Part shown: in pieces, positions 38,170 to 52,000 of the stretch
Position numbering within the stretch: the first letter of the stretch is position 1
How the letters are laid out: each line of letters opens with the position of its first letter
Assembly (NCBI GenBank): GCA_964016885.1
Contig: OZ024741.1
Location: forward strand, 264,616,001 to 264,680,000
DNA length: 64,000 nt
Source: Eledone cirrhosa
Lineage: Eukaryota
Direction of reading: 5' to 3'
Position numbers and translations under genes: made by a program
The notes under the pieces: model-generated
The model's input: the letters and a program-made list of their open reading frames with translations, nothing else
Database searches by the model: none
Told to the model about the DNA's origin: nothing

Positions 38170-38960
38170 TATCATAGACAAGTCCAATGAGGTTGCACAC
38201 GGGTACGTGAGACGACAAACATTGGCCATAGATGGGATAAACCATACTAAAATCCTGACATGGAGTTTCGACAAAGTCATAGCATCTCACATGCAATAGA
38301 GGAACAAGAAATCCTCATAAAGTACACACTGCACAAAAGAGGAAAGTCATCAGTTGACAATAAATGTTAGCCACGTTATTTCCAACTGTGAAAGAATGTC
38401 TTCTCGTCTCTAGATTCCCATGGGGAATGATGTGATAGCTAGAACGACCTGGAAGACGAAAGTAAGAACAAATAGAGATGAATATATTGAAACTGGGGGC
38501 TCAAAAGAATATTGGTTGACCCTAAAACTAAAAACTACCGCTAAATTAAAACACAACTGGCCTGATATCATTTGTGATTACAGATTTAAAACATGCTCTA
38601 GTGGAGAAATTTGCTGCCCATTCAATGTCAATATATTAAAAAAGATACAAGGAAAGGAGGATATATATGGACCATTAACGAGGAGTTTGCAGATCCAGTA
38701 CCCAAAATATGTTTAGTTCCATACCTATTTGTATTAGAGCAACAGGACATATAGAAACTGGACATATAGCAATAGGACATATAGAAACTGGACATATAGC
38801 AATAGGACATATAGAAACTGGACATATAGCAATAGGACATATAGAAACTGGACATATAGCAATAGGACATATAGAAACTGGACATATAGCAATAGGACAT
38901 ATATCAACCTACCTGGACAATAGTAGAACTAAACTTGGATTCTTGGCGAAACAACTAGAA
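38170..38960 (+). pseudogene. Decayed relative of the R4-type element at 3203
   Basis: EYIETGGSKEYW..KLKHNWPDI..EICCPF..KEDIYGPLTRSLQIQYP aligns with the C-terminus of the 3203 ORF. Confidence 0.85.
38744..38903 (+). repeat. 30-bp tandem repeat (two 15-bp subunits), about 5 copies
   Basis: AGGACATATAGAAACTGGACATATAGCAAT repeated. Confidence 0.95.
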
Positions 38961-39320
38961 TATTTATCTTTTCTCTCCCACAATTCAAATGAATGTTTAT
39001 AGACCTCACCTTGTCCAGCCAAAGCAGTATTCTAGTCTAGGCGAGATGAAATAGAATATGTTATTATTCTGTATATTGATTAATGAAAGATGATGAGTTT
39101 GAGAGAGATAAAGAGAGCGGGAGAGAGAGAGAGAGAGAGAGAGTAGAGGAGGAGAAAGAAAAAGTGGGGTGAGTGAGAGAACGGGAGAGAGAGAGAAAGA
39201 AAAAGGGGGGTGAGTGAGAGAACGGGAGAGAGAGAGAGAGTAGAAGAGGTGAAAGAGAGAGAGAACGAGATAGAGGGAGAGAGAGTGTGTGTGTAGAGGA
39301 GGAGAAAGGGAAAGGAGAGT

Positions 39321-39384
<64 letters not shown>

Positions 39385-39698
39385 GAGGTAAAAGAGAAAG
39401 GAGAGTGAGTGAGAGAGATATATATTTCTTTTCTTCTTTCTTTGTATGTGATATTATAGTTATAGAGATGTGAAATTGCCGGATCAGCAACTTAGATTTC
39501 GTGTCAGAACTCTGAGAAATACGAAAACGAAATCGTTATATTTCATGTTGAAGATCTGAGAGAATATATTAAAGTTTGATAACAAATTGACAATTCACCT
39601 TTCAACGATATTCTTCTCAATAATAACTGTCACAAAAGTTTCGGAGTAATCAAAGAGACAGGAATCTTCGATGCCACCAATTTCTTTCGATATACAAG

Positions 39699-39749
<51 letters not shown>

Positions 39750-39751
<2 letters not shown>

Positions 39752-40225
39752 TTAACGTCCGCATTTCCCTGATTGCAAGGGTGAGACGGGTCTTATTAAG
39801 CACAGCATCTCTCCATTCGTCACGGTCCTTCGTCATCTCCTCCGTGAGCTTCAGCGATCTGAGGTCAGCTCTCACCACCTCCGTCCATGATTTTCGTGGT
39901 CTTCCTCTACTGCGTCTTCCTTCTACTGGGATTTCTTGGCACTTCTTTATCCAGCGGTCATCCTCCATGCGCATCACATGTCCATACTATCGCAGTCTCC
40001 TCTCCCGCACACCACAACTTATCCCTCTCAGACACAGTTTTTTCTCTCAACACATCCATGCTCGGTCGTTCACGCACATTGTCATTGCACATCTAACGGA
40101 GCATGCTTGCCTCATTTCTCTCCAGCCGTCGCATATCCTCCGCCCATATCTCACTACCATGCAGCATCGCGCATCTCACACAGGCATCATATAACCCGGT
40201 CTTTCGTACGCAGGGAGAAACCTTT
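39750..40225 (-). mobile_element. RTE-clade LINE 3' fragment with a (GAT)n tail
   Basis: MRMEDDRWIKKC..VEGRRSRGRPRKSWTEVV..DRDEWR. Confidence 0.85.
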
Positions 40226-40227
40226 CT

Positions 40228-40330
40228 TAGGATGTCCCTAAAAAATGTATACACATTTTGATTACTTGTACAGGCAATATTTATTAGAATGCTGTTGAAG
40301 TGTGTATATAATTTTTGGGGACACCCTGTA
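40228..40330. mobile_element. Tiny Tc1/mariner-like MITE
   Basis: TIRs AGGATGTCCCTAAAAAATGTATACACA / TGTGTATATAATTTTTGGGGACACCCTG-TA. Confidence 0.6.
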
Positions 40331-40426
40331 TATATTCGTACATAAGAGTAATTGTGTACATCTATCTGGTGTTATATCTGAGTATGTTTCTGTGAATGTG
40401 TGTACACGTGTTTGTGGTGAGAAAAC

Positions 40427-40943
40427 AGAGGTTAGCTTTGCCTTTCATCCTTACGGGGTCGATAAAATAAAATACCAGTAATAAATTGGGGTCCATTTAA
40501 TCGACTTTCCCCTCCTCCAAAATTGTTGGCCTTGTACCCAAATCAGAAACCATTTGAATTGGCAGTATCGGTAGCGGGTCGGACGCCGTGCTTTGCAGCA
40601 TAGTTACGTCCCTTTATGATCTGAGTTCAAATCCCGCCGAGGTTAACTTTGCCTTTCATCCTTACGGGGTCGATAAAATAAAGTACCAGTCACGCACTGG
40701 GGTAGATTTAATCGACTTTCCTCTCCCACAAGATTGTTGGCCTTGTGTCTAAATCAGAAACAATTTGACAGTATCGGTAGAGGGTCAGACGCCATGCTTT
40801 GCAGCATAGAGTTACGGTCCTTTTATGATCTGAGTTCAAATCCCGCCGAGGTTAACTTTGCCTTTCATCCTCACGGGGTCGATAAAATAAAGTACCAGTA
40901 ATGCACTGTGTAATTGCTGGCCTTGTGCCTAACGTAGAAACAA
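40427..40943 (+). mobile_element. Three tandem MetaSINE-like SINEs
   Basis: Consensus core occurs three times. Confidence 0.88.
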
Positions 40944-41359
40944 TTATTAGTTGTTGATGTTGTGTTCCCGCTCTTTCTTTCTTCTCTTTCTCGCTCTCTC
41001 TTTCTATCATGTCCCCTCACCCCATCACTCTTTGTCTAGGAAATGTCTGCGTGACCACAAAAAAAATATATATCGATATTTCATATATATGTATTTAGGC
41101 TGGCGTTGTTATATTTTTTGTATAGAACTTCTAATATATCTAGTTTCTTTTGAGATGCTAGTTAGATAGATTTGGTTACGTCACCTAGAGAGAAGAGAGA
41201 GGGGGTGGAGTGAGATAGACGGAGAGGGAAGGAGAGAGAGGAGGTGGAGTGAGATAGACGGAGAGGGAAGGAGAGAGAAGAGGTGGCAGTGAGATAGACG
41301 GAGGGGGAAGGAGGGAGAGAAAGAGTGAGCTAGATAGATAGGTATTTATATTTATAGAT

Positions 41360-41432
<73 letters not shown>

Positions 41433-41574
41433 CGTGAAAGAGAAAGGAAAGTGAGAGAGAGACAGAAAGAGAGAGTGAGGGGGAGAAAGAGAGAGTGAGA
41501 GGGAGGGAAAGCGAAACGAAGAGTGAGAGAGAGGGGGAATAGAGAGGGAGAGAGAGAGAAACGAGAGGAAGAGT

Positions 41575-41643
<69 letters not shown>

Positions 41644-42152
41644 CGAGAGGAAGAGTGAGATTGAGAGAGAGGGGAGGGAGAGAGAACGAGAGGAAGAGTG
41701 AGATAAAGAGAGAGAGGAAGAGAGGGAGAGAGGGTGGCAGCTAGCGAATGACGATGACATCATGTAGATAAAATACAGGTGACGCTGACAAGAGAAAGAT
41801 GGTGACGTCATATAGACGGATATATATGGACGGTGTACTGGGAAAAACAGGATAAGGTCACATACACACACACATACACCCCATACACACACTACACACA
41901 CATACACTCCATACATACACCCCATACACACACCACACACACACACACCATACACACACGAACACACACACACCACACATACACCCCCATACATACACCC
42001 CTACACACACTACACACACATACACTCCATACATACACCTCATACACACACACACACACACACACACACCATACACACACGAACACACACACACCACACA
42101 TACACACCACACATACACCCCATACACATACCCACACACACATATACCGCAT

Positions 42153-42192
<40 letters not shown>

Positions 42193-42557
42193 ACATACAT
42201 ACATACACACACATACACATTAATGTGCGTTCGTTTTCAAAGCCGATGAGTCACCTTGTCGCTAGTTCGAGTTTCTCGCTTCTGTGCGTTCATTCAGACA
42301 ACAAAGGATAAATGGCATTGTTACCTGAATGGATGCACAAAAGCATGTGGCAGAGAAATTCGCTTGGCACTTACGTGGTTCCTCCAGTTTCCTCCTATTG
42401 GCATCTTAGGCAAGTGTCATCCAATATGGCCGTCCGGTCGACTAATAAAGAATGAAATAACTTTCTCCTCTCAAACAAAGGATCACAGGCATCTGGATAA
42501 AACATTCGTTTCTCAATCACGTGAGTCTACTTTGATCTTAGTATATTGTGACTCTTA

Positions 42558-42820
42558 GCGTGGTGGATTGGCAGAATCGGTAGAGCGACATACAACATGC
42601 TTTGGGGCAGAGATTTGCAGCACTTTACGTTCTGAGTTCAAATCCCGCCTAGGTTAGCTTGGCCTTTAATCTACCCCAGTTTATTACTGGTACTTTAATT
42701 TTATCGAGCCCGGTAAGGATGAAAGGCAAAGTTAACCTGGGCGTGATTTGAACTCAGAATGCAAAGGGTCATAAGTCTATGCTGCAAAGCATGGTGTCCG
42801 ACGCTCTCCTATACTGCCTA
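42558..42820. mobile_element. Two truncated MetaSINE-like copies in inverted, convergent orientation
   Basis: Plus-strand head at 42558-42670 and minus-strand copy at 42674-42820. Confidence 0.75.
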
Positions 42821-42939
42821 ATGAAGTTAATTATGTAACTAAATTCCTCTAAATTCTTGATTATTAAAAAGATTATTTGAGAATAAACTTGTTTTTCATT
42901 AAAAATACGGTTAATGCATTGGTTAAAATGAAAACTTGA

Positions 42940-43385
42940 TGCTCAAGCTTTGTCCTAGTCTCGTTGGTATCGCGAAACCCCGCAGTTGCAGACTGGCGCA
43001 TCAACATGAGATATTATTCTCCACAAAGTTCGATCACCAGCAGCAGAGTTTAAAGAGCAAAGATCAAGTTCAGTCCATAAGTGACATTATCAAGCCATTG
43101 TTTTGGCCGCCGACCTCTGCTTCTTTTACTAGCCAACCTTCCTTCCAGGCATAACCTACTCGCACCACGAGTTGATCTTTTTATATGACCATATAGTTTG
43201 AGTACTTTTGACTTGACAATTGATGTAATTGTTTTAAGTTTGGTAATGTTGAGCAGCTCACTGATACAGATACGGTCGCTGAGCCGCTTGCCAGTCATAA
43301 GTCTCATGATGTGGTTCTGGAATGTAGAGAGCTTCTGAAGTGACCATGTCGTCCCAATTAACGCAGTCAAGACCATATAAAACAA
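42940..43385 (-). mobile_element. Decayed LINE 3' fragment (RTE-like)
   Basis: FQNHIMRLMTGKRLSDRI..LKLYGHIKR..LEGRLASKRSRGRRPKQWLDNV. Confidence 0.75.
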
Positions 43386-44204
43386 CTAGTAGTCTATCAA
43401 AAGGTAAATAGGAACAGGAGAGTTGAAACAACCCACTGCTCTGCGTCAGCGGCAGCATTGTAATATTAACGACTGCTTCGTTATCTTGTAGTACTTATCA
43501 TTTAACTGTGAGAATATAACTTCTAGGTGGACCGCCCTTGCCTGGCTGTTTGGAATTTCAGTGTACTACATAGAAGGGAATGTGATGCCCCGTACAAAAA
43601 AATGGCGTTTGAGACACACAAAACTCAGAGTGTGCTGAGCGTGACAGGCATATATGTGTGTATATCTAGGTGTGGGTGTACATGTGTGTGCATGTGTGTG
43701 TATGCGTTTGAGTTTGTGTGTATGTGTGCGTATATATGTGTGTACATGTGTGTATGTGAGTATGTGTATATGTTGTGTGTTTGTGTGTATGTTGTACGTG
43801 TGTGTGTGTCTACGTGTGCATGTGTGTGCGTCGGTGTGTGTACGTGGTTGTGTTTATGTGTCTGCGTATGTGTGTGTACGTGTGTGTGTGTGTGTGCGTG
43901 TGTGTGCGTTTGTTGTGCACGTGTGACAGTGTACGTGTGTGTGTCTGTGTATGTGTGTTTGTTTGAGTGTGCTATGTTAGAGACTGGTCAGTGAAACAGT
44001 GACGTCATGGTATTAAAGAGGAATGTGGAATGTGATAGTCATAATGATGTCATGGCACAGAGCAGAGAGAGGGGGGGGAGAGAAAAACAGAGAGAGGGAG
44101 AATGAGAGCCAGAGAAAGGAGAGAGAGAGTGAGAGTGTAAGTGGAGGGAGGAGAGGGACCAACGAGCAGAATGAAATAAATAATAGCTTAATGTGTGTGC
44201 ATAT

Positions 44205-44283
<79 letters not shown>

Positions 44284-44299
44284 TGTAGAAAAGATAGAT

Positions 44300-44437
44300 A
44301 GATTTCTTTATTTGCCACAAGGGCGCACAAGAAAAGGGGACAAAACAAAGACACATGCCGGGGATTTTACATACAATCGTGTAAAAATATTGAAACAAAC
44401 AAATTTAACAATCGAAATGAAATCCCCAATAGGCGGT

Positions 44438-44520
<83 letters not shown>

Positions 44521-44521
44521 A

Positions 44522-44582
<61 letters not shown>

Positions 44583-45277
44583 TTGATAGAGGGAGAGAGA
44601 GCGAGATAAATAGATAGACAGGTAGGCAGACAGACAGGCAGACAGAGAGATATGTTTCTTTATTAGCCACAGGGGCACAAAAGAAGGGGACAAATACAAA
44701 GGGGGAAGTTTACATACAATAAAAACGTGTAAAATTTTATCACAGATGGAATTTAAAAGTTAGTCGATTTTCCCCAATAGAGGGAGACAGTTTATATGGG
44801 TAACACATACCCCCGAAAAAATGTGCAACCCTCATCTCCAGGAGTACGAAGAGTTTGTATCCCTTTCCTCTCTTCCTCCTTTTCCTCAACCTACAGGCTG
44901 ATATAGAGAGAAGGCCCATTCACTCGGGCCATTCTCGCCACTTTCACCCACCTTTCATAAAACTTGCTGGGGTACAGCACCTCTCTCTCCATCCTGATTC
45001 TTCTTCCAAAGTGGTATTTGAAAAAAAGAATCAGTTGTTGCCGGAGAGAAAGGTGTCTGACCTCAGCCCTTTCAACCTTGTCCACCATACAACCTCTTTC
45101 GCCATAGCTATCACACAATCTCCTATCTCCTTCGTTTTTGAAGGAGGGTGGCGGTTTGATCATGACAATGGACTCGGTGGATAGATAGACAGGCAGACAG
45201 ACAGCAGACAGACAGACAGGCAGACAGACAGACAGACAGACAGACAGGCAGACAGACAGGCAGACAGACAGGCAGAC

Positions 45278-45308
<31 letters not shown>

Positions 45309-45918
45309 TGGATAGATAGATAGATATATAGATAGATCGATAGATAGATAGATTTCTTTATTAGCCACAGGGGCACAAAAGAAGGGGACAAATACAAAGG
45401 GGGAAGTTTACATACAATAAAAACGTGTAAAATGTTATCACAGATGGAATTTAAAAGTTAGTCGATTTTCCCCAATAGAGGGAGACAGTTTATATGGGTA
45501 ACACAGACCCCCGAAAAAAATGTGCAACCCTCATCTCCAGGAGTACGAAGAGCTTGTACTCCTTTCCTCTCCTCCTCCTTTTCCTCAACCTACAGGCTGA
45601 TATAGAGAGAAGGCCCATTCACTCGGGCCATTCTCGCCACTTTCACCCACCTTTCATAAAACTTGCTGGGGTACAGCACCTCTCTCTCCATCCTGATTCC
45701 TTCTTCCAAAGTGGTATTTGAAAAAAAGAATCAGTTGTTGGCCGGAGAGAAAGGTGTCTGACCTCAGCCCTTTCAACCTTGTCCACCATACAACCTCTTT
45801 CGCCATAGCTATCACACAAAGGAAAACCGCCTCTCCTTCGTTTTTGAAGGAGGGTGGCGGTTTGATCATGACAATGGACTCGGTGGTCACTGGATTGGTC
45901 CCACCCGCGAAAATAGTC
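44300..45918 (-). mobile_element. Three Tx1/L1-like 3' fragments (44300-44436, 44654-45180, 45352-45918) in (GATA/GACA/GA)n
   Basis: [38 protein letters not shown] is homologous to 56080-56339; 3' ends read GTGGCTAATAAAGAAATCTATCT. Confidence 0.88.
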
Positions 45919-46019
45919 GATAGATAGATAGATAGATAGATAGAGGTGGTGCCAAAATAAAGATATTGAGATGAACAAGCCAGAAAGACTTGTGTGCCTG
46001 CGTGTGTATATGTGTATGC

Positions 46020-46051
<32 letters not shown>

Positions 46052-46410
46052 AGCACAGATGACGTCACACAACGGTTGGGTGAGTGAAGTCATCGGAAAG
46101 GTATGACAACGACACACTGGCGAACGTCAGTGACGTTCAACGAAAGAGACGCAACGTAACGACGTAACGCGCTGAAATGTATGATGACGTCATATTGAGA
46201 ACGGCAAGTGACATTAGGCAGGAGAGATGCGTGTGTGTGAGTGTGTGTCGGTGTGTGTGAGTGTGTGTGAGTGTGTGTGTGTGTGAGTGAGTGTGTGTGT
46301 GTGTGAGTCTGTGTCGGTGTGTGTGTGTGGGGGGGTCTGTGTCGGTGTGTATGTGTGTGTGTGTGTGAGTCTGTGTGTGTGTGTGAGAGTGTGTGAGTGT
46401 GTTTGTGTAT

Positions 46411-46441
<31 letters not shown>

Positions 46442-46620
46442 CGCGTGTGTGTGTGTGGGGGGGGGGGGGGGTGAATGTAGTATATTGTAAATCAATATGA
46501 TTCTTAAATGGCACACATACACACACACATGCACACATACACACACACTCACACTCATGCACACATATACAGGCACACAAGCACATATCTTTCTCTCTCT
46601 ATATATATATATATATGTAC

Positions 46621-46654
<34 letters not shown>

Positions 46655-46702
46655 ATGTATACATACATTCATATGTATATCTATCTATCTCTATATATAT
46701 AA

Positions 46703-46889
46703 CGAAGGAATTATGGTAAGGAACCAGATGGACAATAACGCACCAAAGTACTCAATACTTAGGGTAGTAGAGTGAGTAATAGGAACAAATATGACCCCGA
46801 CGGCAGAGCTCAAGCCATTTCGACGGCTATTTCTGTCCAGAAATAGCCATCGAAACGGCTTGAGCTCTGCCGTCGGAGTCATACTTGTT

Positions 46890-46892
<3 letters not shown>
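46703..46892 (+). mobile_element. Fold-back element family, copy with a 112-bp hairpin (46781-46892)
   Basis: Homologous to 465-646; (TA)n flanks. Confidence 0.85.
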
Positions 46893-46962
<70 letters not shown>

Positions 46963-47007
46963 GTATATATATGTATATATATATATGTATATATGTATGT
47001 ATGTATA

Positions 47008-47102
<95 letters not shown>

Positions 47103-47135
47103 GTATGTATATATATGTATATATGTATATATATG

Positions 47136-47184
<49 letters not shown>

Positions 47185-47185
47185 G

Positions 47186-47270
<85 letters not shown>

Positions 47271-47331
47271 GTATATATATGTATATATATATATATATAT
47301 ATATACATATATACATATATACATACATATG

Positions 47332-47468
<137 letters not shown>

Positions 47469-47473
47469 GTATG

Positions 47474-47561
<88 letters not shown>

Positions 47562-47970
47562 TGTATGTATGTATGTATGTATGTATGTATGTATGTATGT
47601 ATGTATGTATGTATGTATGTATGTATGTATGTATGTATGTATGTATGTATGTATGTATGTATGTATGTATGTATAGATAGTTTATCAAGTGTATTTCCAG
47701 TGATTGTACCAGGATCTGTAACAACATCATAGGAGAGGAAGGTGTAGGAGGAGGAGCAAGAGATGGAAAGATAAAAGCTGAGGCTACTATGACACATTCT
47801 TACGTCATAGTAAGACACGTGCGAGTGTCAGACTTCGGAAATAAAGTCGATAACACTTACTTCCCCTGCCAGCTAAATATCCACTACCATAGAAACTATA
47901 TCTTTGTATTCTACACACCTCAACTCCCAACCCCTTATTTTGTCACTATAAGTATTGCATACATACATAT

Positions 47971-48055
<85 letters not shown>

Positions 48056-48124
48056 TATATAGATATATATAATTTTATGTATATATATATGTGTGTGTGC
48101 GTGTGTGTGTTTGTGTATTATATG

Positions 48125-48164
<40 letters not shown>

Positions 48165-48187
48165 TATATATACTTACCGCACACACT

Positions 48188-48259
<72 letters not shown>

Positions 48260-49079
48260 CTTCCTTTTTTTCTAGAAATGTTTGTGAATGTTTGCATGCA
48301 TGTAAAATTGAATGCATGTCTCTATGCATATATGAATAAATGAATAAATGTATGTATGTATGTAGATGTGTATATATGTATGATATGTATGTATGCATGT
48401 ATGTATGTATATATTTATATGTATGTGAATATGTATGTGGGTATGTATGTATGCATGTATGTATGAATGTATCTATGCATGCATGTATTTATTTATGTAT
48501 GCATGCATGTGTGTATGTATATATGGATGTATGTATTCATGCATGCATGTATGTAAGTATGTATGTATGTATGTATGCATGCATGTATGTATGTATATAT
48601 GGATGTATGTATTCATGTATGTATGTATGTATGTATGTATGTATGTATGTATGTATGCATGCATGTAAGTATGTACTTCTCTAGTGAGTAAGAGGCTTTA
48701 GATAGAATTATTAATACATATTCTTGTAGACCGGAATATATAGGGAAAGGAAAGTTTGGTAAATGATTCACAACCGAATGTAATCTAGATGTAGCTAAAG
48801 ATAATCGTTGTTTTCGTGGACACGGACTTGGGTAAGTGTTTAAGAAGTACGCTGTCCAACCACATGGTCACGGGTTCAATACCACTGCGTGGTACCTTGC
48901 AAGTATAACAGGTCCCTATCAGAATATAATAACGAATGTGTTATGGAGCCCTAATATTTAATGGTGTTATAGTTGGTGCCTTTAGATTCATTGGTCACGC
49001 TCTAGCGGAGTGCGAGAAGGAACGGGTTTGAAGAATATTTCTTACAAAAGAAAATGTAGTTGGATTTTACAACTCTTCC

Positions 49080-49112
49080 TTGTCTGATGAAGAACTTATG
49101 TCCGAAACGTCA

Positions 49113-49115
<3 letters not shown>
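49080..49115 (+). ncRNA. Minimal hammerhead-like motif with weak stems
   Basis: CTGATGA-AGAACTTATGTCC-GAAACGTC. Confidence 0.4.
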
Positions 49116-49143
<28 letters not shown>

Positions 49144-49512
49144 CATAAGTGGATTGCCTATAACTATAACTAGTTATCCCATATATATATATATATATAT
49201 ATAAATGAAAATAGAGAAATTAATGTGAGCAAGAAGCCAACAGTATTTCATAATATATAAGTGACTATAACGTCAAAATGGAAAATATTTAACGTAAGAT
49301 ATGGGGAAATAATTCAAACTCAATTTTTAAAAAAAATCAAGACAGAGATTTTATCCACAGATTTTGTGAAATCCAGGGAAAAAACCAATAGAGTCTTAAC
49401 TCAGAATAAAATAAAGTTTAAATACTCATCTTTCAATTTGGAAAAACACACAAAAACAAAATTGCGTAGGACAGTACAAAGGAGAGGGACAAAACCAAAA
49501 AAATAATCCCCA

Positions 49513-49555
49513 GTCACTGAAGAGGTCACAGAATGTGTGACGAAAGAACTTTGAT
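49513..49555 (+). ncRNA. Type-I hammerhead ribozyme motif
   Basis: GTCA-CTGAAGA-G-GTCACA-gaatg-TGTGAC-GAAA-GAAC-TT-TGAT; followed by the 150-bp module (49594-49760). Confidence 0.6.
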
Positions 49556-49759
49556 AATATATGAACAACCGTCCGGTTGTGGAACCAACCGTAAATTTAT
49601 AAATTCTTAAATTTATAAATTTAATTTATAATAAATTGGAGTGAAAGCACCTGGTGCGTGTGTTTCTTATTGGCAACATGACCCTCCCAAAGTATAACAA
49701 TATCGGTTTCAACACACGTTTTCAGTTAAAGAATCTTGCTAAACAAATTCAGAAACGAA

Positions 49760-49795
<36 letters not shown>

Positions 49796-49950
49796 GGGGG
49801 GTATAGGGAGAGGGTGAGAGAGAGGGAGGGAGAGGGAGAGAGAGAGAGAAAGAGAGGGGAGGGGAGATTTGAGGATTTGTCAACAGTGCGGATAAGCTCA
49901 ATAAATCTACCCTACTTAGTCATGATATACATACAAACATATATATATAC

Positions 49951-49988
<38 letters not shown>

Positions 49989-50243
49989 TCTGTGGTGAGT
50001 AACACTAAAGATCCTAAGATATACTATATACCGCCAACTTTCGTTCCAGCAATCCTCAAATATGTGAATTTTCATCTAAATACTGATTCACATCGTCAAA
50101 ACAAACCCCTTACATACAAAAGTTGTTTCATTATATAAACATGTCTTCATTTGTTTTTATTTGATAGAACAAATACATAAAAGAGCAGCCACCATATCCC
50201 CCCTATATTATTTGTGTTGAGATGATATCTGAGAAACGTACAT

Positions 50244-50320
<77 letters not shown>

Positions 50321-50347
50321 TATATACACACACACACATATATATAT

Positions 50348-50404
<57 letters not shown>

Positions 50405-50475
50405 TATATATACACACACATACATATATACATATATATACACACATATATATATACATACATACATGCACGCAC

Positions 50476-50506
<31 letters not shown>

Positions 50507-50537
50507 TATATACACACACACATACACACATATATAT

Positions 50538-50570
<33 letters not shown>

Positions 50571-50707
50571 CACATATACATATATACACACACACATACA
50601 CACATATATATATACACACACACACAAATGCATCCATACCGTGTAAGTGTGTGTGTGTGCGAGAACACGCGAATGTGTGTATATATATACTGTTTATATT
50701 TCTATAC

Positions 50708-50853
50708 CTTTGCAGATATGTGTTGGCAATGGCTTCCATGTCGGCTTGTTGCTATGAACATTTGAACATGTCGTTAGCTATCGTTTACCATCTGGCCAAC
50801 CTCACGTCTTCTTTCTCCAAACCGTTAATGGAGAAATTTGAAACGAGACATTC
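50708..50853 (-). other. Possible host exon (5'UTR plus start codon, [10 protein letters not shown])
   Basis: Unique sequence bounded by ttacag| and AG|gtatag; strong Kozak context GCCGACATGG; no homology recognised. Confidence 0.2.
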
Positions 50854-51281
50854 CTGTAACTCAAATGTAAATCATTCTATATAAGGATAAATATAATACC
50901 CAGGTAATTCCTTCCTCTACCGTTTTTCGCCTCGATGTATAAGTTTCAACCAAGAATGGATGGATGGTTTTACAAGCAACCCATTTTCACACTAGCAACC
51001 TTCACCCTCTCGCCTATATAAATAGAAAAAGAGCTGTACCTTTAGTAAGACTATTCATTCGAAACTAAATAATATGCAAAGCAACTCATTAGCGTAATGT
51101 TTAAAACAGAAAGGGAATTAATGCTTTAAAAAAAATTGCTTAAAATTGGCAAAATTATTACTGCAAAAACATTCTCTTTAAACGTTATTTGATGATGAAA
51201 AGCCAGACTTTACAGTTAAAATTCCAGCTATGTTTATATCTTTTCTCGAATATATAATTCCAAGTTTTCCCTGCCTCTGCC

Positions 51282-51738
51282 TTAACCCTTTCATGAGCAT
51301 ATTTCTAATGAAATACACTCGATTTCAATTAACGAAGAAATTTTAGAGATTTACTAAAATTATTAATTATTTAATTACTAAGATAGTAACTTAATGCAAA
51401 GTTCTTATATAAAATTATGTTGGAAGATTTTAATTTAAATTGGAAACCTTTAAAATGGGTGACTTTATTTCATAGAACTAGAGCTGGTTTTGGCTGGGTT
51501 GGTAACAAAAGGTTTAAAACTTCCATGACGGCCTTTCTAATGAAATACACTATATTTCAATTAATTAATGAAAAGTTTTAGAGATTTACTAAAATTATTA
51601 ACTATTTCATTTCTAAGATAGTAACTTAATGTAAGGTTCATTTATAAGATTATGTTCGAAGAAACTTTATTTAGAATGGATGGTTTTATTTTTAAAAAAC
51701 AGAACTGGTTTGGGCCGGGTTGGTAATTAAAAGGTTAA
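51282..51738. mobile_element. piggyBac-like MITE with a tandem duplication (period about 230 bp)
   Basis: TTAA-CCCTTT left end; AAAGGTTTAA and AAAGG-TTAA right ends; repeated internal block TTTCTAATGAAATACACT..TTTTAGAGATTTACTAAAATTATTAA. Confidence 0.55.
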
Positions 51739-52000
51739 GGAAGAAACGAAATATAGACTTTGAGATGTGGTTCCTAAGGTATCTAACAAGAGTAGCAGAG
51801 AAAATGGCTGGGAGTAGTAGGAGGTAGGCTGGGAGGAGTAGGAAGTAGGTTGGAAGTAGTAGGAGGCAAGCTGGGAGCCAATAATTCGATTATATGAGTC
51901 ACCCATAAACGCCGACTCCGTTTGGCAACCGGTGACGTCTATAATTTCACTTAGTAGTCAATGGAGATTTGTATGGGTCTGGAAAAATGGGGACACCATA

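Noticed and set aside
42255-42326. Minus-strand exon-like segment with AG/GT boundaries
   Set aside because: Stop codons in all three frames and no other support
49261-49506. 81-aa ORF upstream of a hammerhead as a Penelope protein fragment
   Set aside because: No recognisable RT or GIY-YIG motif; possible but unsupported
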